64,000 bases of DNA from Vicugna vicugna. Taxonomy: Eukaryota. Below, one piece after another: positions 11,761 to 24,780 of the stretch. The stretch covers positions 994,001 to 1,058,000 of the forward strand of contig MU057719.1 of the NCBI GenBank assembly GCA_013265495.1. Direction: 5' to 3'. Under the pieces are notes generated by a model. It worked only from the letters and a program-made list of their open reading frames with translations. It did no database searches and had not been told where the DNA came from. The number at the start of each line of letters is the position of its first letter. Position 1 is the first letter of the stretch. The translations under genes and the position numbers were made by a program.

Positions 11761-14131
11761 TGAGGTGCTTGTTAAAGTTTAATGTTTGGAAGATGAGGAC
11801 TCTTCTCTTCTAAATTGCTCCTTCCCTTCTAAATTACCTGTGAGTCCAAGTGTAGCCCCCAGTGGGTGTGTAGTCCCCAGTATAAGCCCTGGTGGGGCAT
11901 CCTTAGGACTGAAAGACGAGTGGTATTTGTGGGAGACAGTCAAGGCAGTGCAAAAAGCAACTTTACAGCCTTAAAGGTGTGCTTAGGTGTGTTTACTCTT
12001 GGAGATGTATCTGAGGAATGCCTATGTGCCGCACAGTTTTCTGCCATCTCGCTTGACCTGGACCCTCGTGCCACGGCTCGTTGTCCCACTCCCTCTGTGT
12101 CCAGTAGGTCCACCCGAGTTATTTTTCACACGTTACAGTCAGGAGAGCTGTGAGGGTATAAGCCCCTGTGGAAATGGCAGGAACATCTCAAAAAGCCTGG
12201 CGGGCGGGTATCACTAGGTGCTCCCCTGAAGACAGGAGGCAGGGAGGCTCGCCCCTCCAGCTTGGAGTGCTGCTGTGCCCCGCCCCCGCCACTTCGTGGA
12301 GCTGATGTGTGGGGAGAGCAGATGGTGCACTTTTGTGGCAGGTGGCAGCAGGAGCACCCCATTTCTAGAAGCAGCAGTGGGCAGTAGGCGATACAGGGAA
12401 GAAATGCTGGGGAAATAAGGAGACGCCTGCATCTGGTCAGCCGTGGTGGGAGCTGGAGCCTAACCAACTCCAAGGGTAAAATGCCCCATCCTCCCCTCGC
12501 AGCCTCCCGGGGCTTGGCCACTCACACCCCTCCCTGGCCTAGGGCTGGGGGCTGATGCTGTGCAGAAGCAAGGATGGAGCATGTGATGGGTTTCAGTGGC
12601 AACGGAGGCATCTCACGTCCAGGGCGATAGTGGACACCGGAATACAGATGACAGGGAAGAAAAGGTTAGGAACATCACAGAATGCGTCTAGGGGCCGGTT
12701 CACAGCCCCTGGGTGTTGTGCGCCTCAGGTGCAGAAAACGTGATTCAGAGACCTCGGAGAGCACTTCCAGTCACCTACTGTCGGGAAGGTCTTCAGAACC
12801 AAATGGCAGGAGTGTCCAGGTCAGACAGTCCACCTCCTGCTGTCCAGTGAGTTGGACGGAAGTAGCCCTAACCAGGACGCATGGTCAGGAACGGGGGGTT
12901 CCAACAGTCCTGCAAGGCCAGGGTAGGCCTTACCGCTGGCCCCTCTGCGTGAGGCTGGGAAGAGGCTCCAGGACTTAAACTAATACAGGGTTAGAGATTC
13001 AGCAAGAGGCTCCGAACAGAAGCCTCTGTTCACCACAGCTGGTGTGGAGGTGCAGAGGGGCAGAGAGAGAGGACAGAGAGCTGTGACCCCAGGCCCTCAG
13101 CTCACTGCACTAGCCTGACCATTGCGGGAACCTTGCACACATGGCCCCGTGGAAGTGAGAGGTCACGGTGCGTGCGCTGCCGCCCTCAGGCCTCGGCATC
13201 TGCGGCATCTGCGCTGGGCCGGGGCGTGGTTCTACGGCTGACTCCCGGGGCCCTCCATGCAGCCTGCAGAGGGGAGCCGCCGCGGCGCTCTCCCACGATG
13301 TCTGTGCGCAGCTGCGGTGCTGTCCTCAGCAGCCCGGCAAAGGATAGGGCTTCCTTGCCCTCCCCGGACCACCTGCAGGATGGATGCGCAGGTAACAAGC
13401 TTACCTCTCTCCTGAGGTTTCTTACATCTGTGTTGTTCCAAGGGATTTCTGGAAGACTCACTTACCTTCGTGTGGGCCACTGTGGGTTCCCGGGTTTGGT
13501 TGAGCGACACAGTGAATTCTCCTCAGTCCCCCAGCGAGCCCACTGAGTCTGGACTTCCTGTGGAGCTCTGTCTGTGCACCCCTCCTTCCCTGGCCAAGCA
13601 TGTCTAGAATCAGTTCCCACGTATTTCCCTGACTTTTTTTTTTTTAAATATAGATCAGTAAATATTTGTTCGTTCAGTCAGACCTTCTGACTTTCACTTT
13701 GTAGTCGGCCACCTGGGACCTGCTGAGACCTGACTCACTGCTGCAGAGGCAGGTGAGACAGGAGACTGGCTTGTCCCTGAGAGGTACTTGCTCAGATAAG
13801 AGTCTTCAATCAAGGACAAATAGCCTTATCAGTCGGGGGGGAGGGGCTGGTTTCTCAAAGTGGACCTTGGTGAGGTTGGATATTCAAGGTACCTGAGCCA
13901 GCCAAGGGCACCCAATTATCCCCATTTCAGTCCTGAGGACCCCACTCTGCCGATCGGCGCTTTAGGTTTCCTACTCATGACAGGTCATGTTGTGTTGCGT
14001 TAACAAAAGTACCTTTTAATAATTAAAACCAGTGGTTTGAAACCAGATTGATCACTGGATTTGTCTTAACTAGGAATAGAGGAAAACTTCCTCAACCGGA
14101 TAAAGAATGTTTACCTAAAACCTACAGATAA

Positions 14132-14769
14132 TGTTGATGCAGGAAAACGGATGTGGGGCGTAAGGAGCGCAGTGTCCCAGGTCTCAGTTGAGCCCCTGGG
14201 ACGTGCCTCACCAAGTGTGGGTCCTTGGCTTCCGGCAGGAAAGAATTCAAGTGCGAGCCACCATTGGGTAAAGATAGATTTACTTAGAGAGACACACACT
14301 GCATAGAGTGTGAGGCAAGAGAAAGGCCAGGAAAGAGGTGTGGGAATCGGGTGCTCAGGTTAAAGTAGAAGTAGGCACACACTCCATAGACGGAACATGG
14401 GCCGTCTCCGAAGAGGGAGCGGAAAGGGCCGCCAAGCGTGGTGTTGCCAGTTTTTATGGGCTCAGTAGCTTCACACGCCTATGGGTGGGACCATTCCAAC
14501 TGCCCTGGGGAAGGGGCTGTGATTCCCAGGACTTGGGCCACCGCCCATTCTTCGGCCTTCTGCGGTTAGCCTTGGGACTGTCACAGCGCCTGCAGGCGTG
14601 TTATTTGATCACGCTGTTACAATGAGCATATGATGAGGCTCAAGGTCTACTAGGAGTCAAACCTCTTAATCCTAAGGCCAACTAGGAGGTGAATCCTCCA
14701 CCATTTTAGTGTTAAATGATGTCATTCCTCGAGTGGCTGTGCCCTGTCCCCTTCCATCTTGTCTCAACA
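14132..14769 (-). mobile_element. Solo LTR (ERV1-like) inserted into L1
   Basis: Inverted termini TGTTGA...TCAACA; L1 sequence resumes colinearly on both sides (cctacagataa / catcatgcttaatag). Confidence 0.65.
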
Positions 14770-15090
14770 TCATGCTTAATAGAAACTCGAAGTTCTCCTG
14801 CTAAGATCAGGAACAAGGCAAGAATGTCCCTTCTCATCACTGCGTTTAAATACCGTACTAGAAGTTGTAACACATGCAACCCGACAAGAAAAAGCAATAA
14901 ACTATGTGCAGATTGAAAGGAAGAAATCAAACTGTCTTTGCAAATGACGTGATTGTCTATGTAGAACATCCAAAAGAGTTGACAAAAAACTGGAACTAAC
15001 AAGTGACTGTAGCAAGGCTGCAGGAGGCAAGGAAAATGAACAAAAGCTGGTGGCTTTCCTGTAAACCAGTGATGAGCAAGTGGGCATTCA

Positions 15091-15638
15091 CACGCATACT
15101 TGATGGAGATTGTGGGTTTGGATCCAGACCACCATAATAAAGCGAATACGACATTGAAGTGAGTCACATGAATTTTTTGGTTTCCCAGTCCATATAAAAG
15201 TTACGTTTACACTACACTGTAGTCTACTAAGTGTGCAGTAGCATTATGTCTTTAAAAATACACATACCTTAATTAAAAAATACGTTACTGCTCAAAAATC
15301 CTAACCACCATCTGAGCCTTCAGCGCGTCGTGGTAGTAATGTCAAAGATCCCAGATCACAGGTTGTCATTACAAATACAATAATAACGAAAATTTTTTAT
15401 ATTGTGAGAATTACCAAAATATGACTCAGACGCAAAGTGAGTAAATGATGTCAGAAAAATGGTGCCAGCTGACTTGCTTGACGCAGGGTCACCACAAACC
15501 TTCAATTTGTAAAACAAAACAACAAAACCAGTATCAGAAAAGCCCAATAACAACACTGTAAAATGATTATGAATCAATAAAAAATGTAAAAAAAAAAAAG
15601 CCCAATAAACTGGAGTGCAATAAAAGGAGGTGTGCCCG
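15091..15638 (+). mobile_element. Internally deleted Tigger1-like DNA transposon (TcMar-Tigger)
   Basis: Starts cacgcatac...ccagaccaccataataaagcgaat...ttttttggtttcccagt and ends caataaaaggaggtgtgcccg, matching recalled Tigger1 ends. Confidence 0.85.
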
Positions 15639-15639
15639 C

Positions 15640-16075
15640 CACGAGAACCCTCACCAAAACGGAGTCGAGAGGCCGGAGGGGGTGCCCTCCTGTGTGTGCC
15701 CTTAGACGTCAGTACAGATGCAGACAGGGAGAGAGGTGCCTCGCATCTCAGGCAGCGCGTGGCTCTCCTTTACTCCCACCAGCAGGAGGAAGGAGGGGTT
15801 TCTCCTTGTCCAGCAAGCGCTCGGTCAGTGTCACAACTCAGCCAGGGGAAACCAGTATACTCCAAACTCCCAGTTTCCTCCCAAGGACTTTTTGTTTATA
15901 ACGATGCTTTCCAACGTCCCCTTCTGCTCTATGAAAGGCTCTCCCCTCCTTTACTTCACTAGGCTTGCGTGTGGTTTGCCGCTGTTGCACGTCCTGAATT
16001 GCAGTTCTTTGCTGCTCCTGAGTAAGCTTGTTTTCTTAACAAAATAGTAGGCTGTTTTATTGCTTTAGGTTAGCA
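15640..16075 (+). mobile_element. LTR fragment (MER34/ERV1-like)
   Basis: 3' end ...cctgaattgcagttctttgctgctcctgagtaagcttg...tttaggttagca resembles ERV1 LTR U5; it interrupts the L1. Confidence 0.5.
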
Positions 16076-19000
16076 ATTAATGAAGTAATTAGCTTTAAAT
16101 CTAACAAGCTAGGTATAAGATTTATAAGAGAAAAAGCTCAAAACCCTGATGAAAGATACCAAAGATGAATGAAATGAGTAGAGAGATACTCTATGTTCAT
16201 GGATAGGAAAGTCAATAATGTCAAGATGTCAGTTCTTCCCTACTTGATCTACAGATTCAGTGTGTTCCCAGCAAGTTAGTTTCTGGATAGTGACAAACTG
16301 ATTCTAAAGTGTATGTGGAGAGACCAAAGACACAAAATAGCTGAGTCACTATTAAAGGAGAACATAGTTGGAAGATTGACACTACCCAACTTCAAGACTA
16401 TAATAAACCTACTGTGATCAAAATATTGGTGAAAGAGCAGACAAATAGATCAACATAATAGCCCAGAAAAGGACCCATATAAGTGTGGTCTGCTAATCTC
16501 TGAAAAATGAGCAAAGGAAGTACAATGGAGAAGAGTCTTTTCAACAAATGGTGCTGGTGAAACTGGACATCCACCAGCAAACAAGCCTGGACACAGAAAC
16601 CCGACACCTTTCACTGAAATTAACTCACAGTGGATCGTAGATACAAATGTACAGTGCAAACCTGTAAAACTCCTAGGAAATAACATAGCTGAAAAGCTAA
16701 TGGCCTTGAGTGTGGTAATGATTTTTCAGAATCAGCACCAAAGTCATGATCCATGAAGGAAAAAATTGGTAAGCTGGACTTCATTTAAAACGTCTGCTCT
16801 GTGGAAGACAGTGTCAAGGGAATAAGAAGAGAAGCTGGAGACTGGGAGAAAATATTTGCAAAATAAACATCTGATAAAGGACTGTTACCCAAACTATACC
16901 AAAAAAAGCCTCTTAAAGCTCAACAATCACAAAATGAAAACCTGATTAAAAATGACCAAAGGACAGGAACAGATAGCTCTCCAGAGGTATTCTGGTGGCG
17001 AATAAGCACATGAAAAGATGCTCAACATCATGTGTCATTAGGGAAAAGCAAACTGAAACACAATGAGTTGTCCCTACCCGCCTATGAGAACGGCCGGCCG
17101 AGATGCAGAGCACTGACACCACCACAGGCTGGCCCGGGTGCGGAGCAGCGGGAGCTCTCGTTGACTGCTGGTGGGAGTGCCAAGCGGTGCAGCCACTTTG
17201 GAAGACAGTGTGGCAGTTTCTTACAAAACTAAACATACTCCTACCATATGACCCAGCGATCATACTCCCTAATATTTACCCAGATGAAGTGAAAACTTAT
17301 GTCCACACAAAATCCTACACGTAGATGTTTATCGCAGCTCTATTATTGCCAGCTATAAAGTGCTAAAGCTTCGGAGCAATCAGGATGTCCTTCAGCAGGT
17401 GAATGGGTGCATAAATGGTGGTACGTCAGCACTAAAAAGAAGTGAGCGGTCAGGTCACGAGGAGACACGGAGGAACCACATGTACAAAGTATTAAGTGAC
17501 AGGAGCCAATCTGGAAAGGCTACAGACTGAATGAGTCCAACTATTTACGACATTCTGGGAAAGGCACAGCTGTGCAGACTGTAAGAAGATCAGCGGTTGC
17601 CTGGGTCTAAGGGGAGATGGCGGGGTGAATGTTTAGAGCAGTGAAACAATTCTGCATGATACCATAATGGTGATACAAGTCGTTACACATTCGTCAAAAC
17701 CCACAGAATATACAGCACTGAGAGTGAATGTTAACGTAAATGGTGGACTTCATGTAACGATGACGTGTCAGTGTAGGCTCACTGACTGCACCCGGTGGCG
17801 CAGAATGTCAGTAGTGGGAGGTCAAGCGTGTGGAGATACGAGGTCTTATGGAAACTCCTTTTACTTTCTGTTAAATTTGGCTGTGAACCTAAAACTGCTC
17901 TAAAAAACAAAGCTTATTAATTAAAAAAACCAACAACCTGATCGTTGAATCTGAAGGCTTTTCTCTGGAGCTGTCACGTGTCACTTCACTCACATTTCAC
18001 TGCCCAAAACAAACCACACGTCTGCCCCTGGCTTCCAGCAGACACAGAAGTGCCTTCTACCGAGTGCCTGGAGAGAGCCGGATATCCAGCAGCTCCCTAA
18101 CGCCTCCTGGGCAGACCTTGCCTGCCGCCACCCTCGGTGCCACTCTCTGTATCAGCCGGGGCTCTTTGTTGCAAGCCACAGATGACAACTCTGTTGACTT
18201 CAGCAGAAAGGAGGTTTGTGAACGGGATGTTGCGGCACCTTCAGCTTGAAGCTCTCAGCCCAACACTGGCATTTCCTCTGTCCTCCTTTCAGAAAGCACA
18301 AAAAGCCAACGAGGAAAACAAGTTCAGAAAACAAACTCTTAGAGGTGACTAAGGAAGCATTTAACATCCTGGACCATACAATAGGTGGACAGGGTGCGCA
18401 GAAGAGCAGGGGCTGAGCAGAGGAGCCAAATGAAGAGTGAGGAGGGAATGTCCTGGTTACAGGTCTCTGGAAGCATCGATGAGTCCCCTTCTCCAAGGTG
18501 CAAACACAAAATCCTGTTCTAGCGATGAGGGTGTGGTGGGTCCTTTGGCACCCGGAGCCTGCCTGGGAGTCTGGTTCTGAGAAACAGAGGGTGTGGTGCT
18601 GGATTAAGACTCACAAAGTTGTGCTGTATTTGCAGGATTGTCTGTCTGTGTTGGGGGCTGGGATGAGAGAGACCTTGCTCCAGGAACATTCCTACAGCTT
18701 CTTTTTCTCTCTGACTCAGGGATGTAAAGGTTGAAGGAACTTCATGTATAACCCTGGGTCATAAGGAAAAACCTTGTTCCCCTAGTTATGACTGTACTTC
18801 CTCCCACAGTGCCGCTTGTGCAAATATCTGTGCCAGGAAATACCTGATTCATGGATGAATTTCAAAATGGGAATTAGCATGGGATCTATGTAATAATATT
18901 ACAAGAGAAAAAGAAGAAAAGAACAGGTGAAATTCATGGCAAATGAACTCATGCCAGAAATTTTATGCCATGGGACAGGCGAAATTTTTTCAAATATTTC

Positions 19001-19079
19001 TCCATGAATTAAAAAAAGAAGGTGGGGGGAGCAACCACCTCTACAAAACAAAACCCAAAGCAGAAAGACGAGCTTATGG

Positions 19080-21450
19080 AGGAAAGAGTGAGTCAACAGA
19101 AGGGCTGAAAAATGTAAGTTAGACAAACTCAGGGAAAGAGTGGAAGAAAAAGAAATCATACCAGAAATAAGAGTAGAAGCAGCATACTGAAGAATAAACA
19201 CTCCTCAAAACACATTAAGGGGCATAGAAAAAAGACATGATTATAGGGGTCCCAGAAAGAGAAGGGAGAGAGAAAGGGCCAGAGAACAAATCTGAAGACG
19301 TAATAGCTGAAAACTTGCGTAACCTGGGTATAAGGAAACACACATCCAGGTCCGGGAGGCACAGCCCCACATGGGACCAGCCCACAGAGGACCACACCAA
19401 GACACATTGTAGCTAACGTGGCAAGTATTAAAGATAATGAGAGATTATTACAAGCAGCGAGTTACAGACCAGGAAACTCCCATGAGACTCTCAGCTGACT
19501 TTTCAGCAGAAACTCCGCCAGCCAGAAGGGAGTGGCACCATGGATGTAAAGCGATGACAGGGGGAAGGTCTACAACCAAGAGTGGTCTGCCCGGCAGGAG
19601 TCTCATTCAGATTTCATGGAGAGATCAGAAGTTTCACAGACAAGCAGAAGCTAAAAGTCCAACATCACCATACCAGCTTTGCTGGAGGTGTTAAGGGAAC
19701 TTCTCCAAGCAAAAGAGACCACAGCTAGAAACGTGAAATTGACAGAAGGGGAGAGCTCGTTAGTAAAGGCAAGCGCACGGGAGCGGTAGTAAGCCAGTCA
19801 CGCGCGGAGCTGGCGGGAGGGCCGAAAGACAGGACGGTACGGTCCGTCTCTGCCCGCGCCAAGCAGTTAAGGGACACGCAAGACAAAAAGTCGCAAAACG
19901 CGGTGTCAAAATCCGTAAGTGCCGCGATGGGGGTTTAGTGAGAATGCAGGGTGGTTAAAACGCATTTGAACTTGAGAGATCAGCAACTTAAAATAAGTAC
20001 GTATTTATAACACACACACGTGCACACAGTGCGGGGAATTTAGTAAATAAGTGTGTGTTATCTTTGGATGGTGACATATTGTAGCTGGAACTATCATGAT
20101 GGTCACTGTGAGATGTACTGAAATACTAAATCACTATGTTGCGTAACAGGAGCCAACAGCGTTGTAGGTCAGTGATCCTTCAAACACCAGCAAACTTAAG
20201 GAAAAGGGGTCAGATCTGTGGTTACCAGAGGCAGGGCGCTGGGGACGGGGCACTGGATGAAGTCGGTTGAAAGGTACAAGCTTCTACTTACAGGATACAT
20301 AAGCACTAGTGATGTGAGCTGCAACATGATGGATTCGATTCACTCTGCTGTATGTTGTGTCTGTAAGTGGCTAAGAGAGGAAAGCCTGGGAGTTCTCATC
20401 GCAATGTTCGCCGGTAGTGCGACCCCTGCGTTAGGAGGCCCACCTAAGTGTGGATCCTTGCCTGCCGGCTGGAAAGAGTTCACAGCCGAGGCAAAGGGAC
20501 AGAGCGAAAACTGCTTTTATTTCTCAAAAGAGGACAAGGAAGGGAAGTGCTGGAGCAGGGTGAAGGGCGGAGGTGCTCGAGACAGCTCCTGCCCCGGGGG
20601 TGGGGGGGGCACGTGGACTTCCGTGGGAGGCTCCTGCCATCATTTCCTCCTCCTTCGGGCTGTGATGGAGCCAGTCAGTCCTAGTTCAAGGCTTTCCATC
20701 CTTCTGTGGGCTTTCCTAGCTGTTGTCATGGCAACCGTCAACTGCCATGGCGGGTGCACATGCCACTCAGCAGCTAGTGTGTTACGGTGAGGGTGCAATG
20801 AGGCTCGGGGTCCACCGGCAGCCAAAGCCTCCAACGCCCTGGACTCCGACGTCCTAACCAGCTCATGTTTCTTCTCCGCAGCTGCCTCCTGAGACTTAGA
20901 CAAGAGTAATTGGATTCTATTTGAGGGAGGGACAGGAGTGTGATCCTGGGGGCAACAGCCCCGGTAACAAAAAGGAAAGTTGCTTTTAATCAGAATGTCT
21001 GCAGTCTGGTGGGCCAGCTTCTAGCCCCCCAAAAAAGAAGCATCTCCGAAGAGTCTGTCCAGCCATGAAAGTCTTAGAGGGAAGTGAAGAAATGATCTCA
21101 GTTAATCCCTGAGAGAGGCGGTCAGAGGCGTCGGCACCCCCAGTGCCTGCAGACTTGTCCTGATCAACTGTGGGAGCCCGCTCTTCCGCGACCCAGGGAG
21201 GCGGGGAGCCCAGCTTTTCTAGAAACAAGAGGCAGGGGTTGGATGCGGGGAGCGGCCACAGGGTCCTGCTCGGTATTAACAAGAATTAAAATTCTTTTCC
21301 ATGTCTTTAATTTTGTATTTATATGGGATGATGAGTGTTCACTAAAACGTACAGCGATAATCATCTCATGAAGCACGTACGTAAACTCATTATGCTGCAC
21401 GTCTTACCCTTAGTGCTGCAATTACGTCTCAGAAAACTGGGAAAAAAGAC
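19080..21450 (+). mobile_element. LINE-1 remnant: ORF1-like segment (~19200-19700) and 3' UTR pieces (~20200-20400, ~21280-21450), split by LTR insertions
   Basis: attataggggtcccagaaagagaaggg...atagctgaaaactt (ORF1-like), ctcagctgacttttcagcagaaact, and an L1 3' end ...aaaactgggaaaaaa. Confidence 0.7.
20405..20969 (-). mobile_element. Solo LTR related to the 14132-14769 element
   Basis: TGTT...AACA termini; shares aagtgtgg(g/a)tccttg and ggaaaga(a/g)ttca with the 14.1-kb LTR; reverse polyA-like signal ttttatt. Confidence 0.55.
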
Positions 21451-22503
21451 CCCCAAAACATAAAGAAAGCTATAGATGCAAGTTATTAAGGTATGGATGC
21501 AAATTCTAGAATAATCAGGCATGAAGCTGAAGCTGTTTCCAGGGGTGGGAGCTGGAAGAGGTTTGGGGTAGGGTCTGACCATTCACTCTTATTGGCATTA
21601 TGGACCTGTTACAAGTATTTCCTTTATTTTAAAAATATCAAATAACTGGGTGCAGTGAGGGACTGCAAACCTACCAGCTGTTTAGGAGTTTGGCCGTGCC
21701 CAGCTAGAGGAGGAGCGGGAGCAAGGCTGGGAGGCAGGGGGAAGGTACAGCGGGAGCAGAGGGCAGGAGCTGCTGGCTGGGCTGGAGGGTTGATGCGGTG
21801 CTGGTGCAGGAGGTCAAGCGGGCAGTTGAGGAGGGTCCCAGAAATGCACTGGGGAGGGGGTCATCCACTGGGCATAATGTGAGCAGCAAAGATGAAGAAA
21901 CTGGGGGAGAAAGAGCAGGGACAAGGGACAAGGCTATGACCTAGGCTCCCTTGAGGATGGACCCCTGCCTTGGTACTAGAGCCACGTGGCCCAGCTGGGT
22001 GATTCTTCCCACAGTGCTCCTCTTGGTGGGACAGAGAATTTGGACATCTAGGGTGGGCAGCCAGGGAGGCGATGAGGCCACCAAGCTGGAGGCTGCTGCT
22101 CCAGGGGTGAGTCCGGGCATGGGAGAGGACAAGACTGGGGTGGGAGGGGAAGGGCCAGTCCAGGGAAAGAGTGCTGCTGGGGAGGGACCTTGTGGACCTC
22201 TCTTCCCTGTGCCTCCATCAGGGCCTGCCGTGTAGCAGGTCCCCAGCCACAGTCACTGAGTAAGCAAACACTGACTCACCAGGTCTTGTCCAGGACATGA
22301 TGACAAGATGTCTTGTCCCTTCCCATGGCCCTGGCATTCTAGAGGGAACAGGAAGCAAGCTCCGTGGTGCTGTCAGGGCTCCTGTGGGGCAGGCTAGGGG
22401 TGTCGGGAAAACCCGCGGGGGGCTGTGCAACAGGGGTGGAAGTGAGGGATGTCGAGACAGAGGCGGGGGTGGAGAGGGACCAAGGCATTCGGGGGGGTGG
22501 TCA

Positions 22504-22751
22504 CAGCAGCAGGTGAGGGAAGGTGGACTGGGGCGGGAGGGCTGGGGGGTGGCCAGTGTCAGAGGACCTGGCCTGGTCGAAGGGCGTTCACTTCTATGGT
22601 GATGTGGCCGCACAGGTGCTGGGCAGGTCCCAGCAGCAGGTGAGGGAAGGTGGGCTGGGGCGGGAGGGCTGGGGGGTGGCCAGTGTCAGAGGACCTGGCC
22701 TGGTCGAAGGGCGTTCACTTCTATGGTGATGTGGCCGCACAGGTGCTGGGC
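22504..22751. repeat. Tandem duplication, 127-bp period, about 1.95 copies
   Basis: cagcagcaggtgagggaagg...cacaggtgctgggc at 22504-22624 recurs at 22631-22751 with one mismatch (ggact/gggct). Confidence 0.95.
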
Positions 22752-23549
22752 GGCCTGAGGGGGGCCGGGAGGGAGGAAGAGGGGCTGACCGAGGTGGGAG
22801 TGGGGCAGATGTCTGACAGGTCAGGACATCACGGCATCACGGGGGCAGTAACACTGGGTTGAGCAGAGCAGTGCGGGGGCTGGCCGGTGGCCAGGGGAGC
22901 ACAGCCGGGGGCCCCTTGGGAAGGGGTGGAGGCAGCGAGCAGACTGGAGGGAGCTTCTCAAAAACGCAGAACAGAAGAAAGTGTGGAGGGAAGGACGAGA
23001 GCGGTGACTGGGCTGGGACCCGTCTGCACGGGCTCCCTGCCCGCTGGGCTCAGGCAATGGCACGCGTATCTTCCCTTGATTCCCGTTGGGTCCAGCTCTG
23101 CCCTGACTGTGCGCCTGGCATTTGGGAACTTGGCCCAATTTGAGTCGTTGCCACGAGTTACCAGGAGCGGTTCCTTCCTCTCTTGACCACACGATCACTG
23201 GTGTTCCTCCAGCCGCGTGGTGCCACACGGCGGTGCTCAGCCCTGACCTGGGGCTGGGCCTCTGGAGTGGGGTCCCCGCTCTGCTCCCCTGACCTCGGGC
23301 TCAGCATCCCGCCCCACAGGTGCTCACCCAGGGGCCCCCCAGCCGCCCCGCCATCCCAGGCTGGCTGTGCCCTGGAGACCGCCCTCTGCCTCACCTCCAG
23401 GACCCATCGAAGCCCGAGCTTCACCCCCGTACCCCGCCCCAGGCAAGAAGGGCCCAGTCTCGGGAATTGGGAGCCATGGTTTCGGGCACCTGAAAATATC
23501 CTTTATTTGTTCACTAGGAGCCAGTGGTGGAAACTACACCACCACTGAT

Positions 23550-24780
23550 TTTTTAAAAATTCTTAAGAGGAAATTCACATAACCTAAAATTAATCATTTT
23601 AAAGCATGTGATTCAGTGGCCTCTGGTCCACTCACCACATCGTGCAGCCATCATCTTAATTTTGCTTCAGAGCATTTCCATCGCCCCCTAAAAGGAACCA
23701 CTGCCCAGTAGGCAGTCCCTCCCCACGCCCTCCTCCCCGGCCCCGGCTGCCACCCATCTGTGTCCGTCTCTGCGGATGTCCCTGCTCTGGGTCCTTTATG
23801 AAAGTGGGTCTGTGCAGTATTGACCTGTGCTTCATCTCCTTCACTGATCACGTTGCTTCTGACATTCAGCCACGGTGGGCATGTGTCATTCCTATTTATG
23901 ACTGACAGCATTCCGCTGTATGGATGGACCACATTTTGTTTATCTGTTCATCCGTTGATGGACACTGGGGCTATTCCCACCTTCTGGCCTCTGTGGATGG
24001 TGCTGCCGTGAGCATTCGTGTACATGCACTTGCTTTGGTTTCTGTGTTCAGTTCCTTTGGATCTATACCTAGGAGTGGAAGTGCTGGGTCACATAGTAAT
24101 TCTGTGTTTTCATTTTGGGGGACTTGCCAAACTGTCTTCTACAGCAGCTGCATCATTTTACATTCCCGCCAGGAAAGTATGAGGGCTCCAAATTTTCTAC
24201 ATCCTCATAATACCTGTTATTTCCCTTTCTTCTCTTTTCTTTTTCTTTCTTTCTTTTCTTTCTTTCTTTCTTTCTTTCTTTTTTTTTTTTTTGATTTTAG
24301 CCATTCCAGTGGGTGTGAAGTGTTGTCTCCTTGTGGCTTTGATCTGCATCTCCTTAATGTCTAATGAGATTGAGCATCCTTTCATGTGCTTATTGGCTGT
24401 TTGTTTATCTGTTTTGGAGGAATGTCCATTTTTAAATTGGGTGTCTTCTGCTGAATTCTGAGAGTTTTTATATATCCTGGATACTAGACTCTTATCAGAT
24501 GTATGATCTACAAATGTCTTTTCCCATTCCGTAGGCTGTCCTTTCACGCTCTTGCCGGTGTCCTTTGACACACAAAAGTTTAAAATTCAGATGAAGCCCA
24601 ACTTCTCTTTTTTTCTTTTGTTGCTGATGCTTTTGGGGTCATAGCTAAGAGACCATCATGAAATCCAAGGTCAAAAAAGCTCTGTGTTTCCCCTAAGAGT
24701 TTTAAAGTTCAAGCTCTTATATTGAGGAGCACAAAAATTAACTCAAAATGGAGTTTGTTTTTGTGTATGGTGTGAGGTTG
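23550..24780 (-). mobile_element. LINE-1 3' region (L1M-type), antisense, with an internal (TTTC)n tract at ~24230-24292
   Basis: Reverse-strand L1 3' UTR/ORF2 strings (ggaccacattttgtttatc, atacctaggagtggaagtgctgggtca, gagcatcctttcatgtgcttattggc). Confidence 0.85.

Larger units (their letters stand above)
14060..17930 (+). mobile_element. Old LINE-1 (ORF2 3' half plus 3' UTR), interrupted by nested LTR and Tigger insertions
   Basis: L1-typical strings (ctaagatcaggaacaaggcaagaatgtcc, ttttcaacaaatggtgctgg, gactgggagaaaatatttgcaa, cagccactttggaagacagt); A-rich end at ~17900-17930. Confidence 0.85.

Noticed and set aside
13395..13470. Two strong minus-strand splice donors (gtaagc, gtaagt) suggesting an antisense transcript
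   Set aside because: No matching acceptors, promoter or ORF could be supported.
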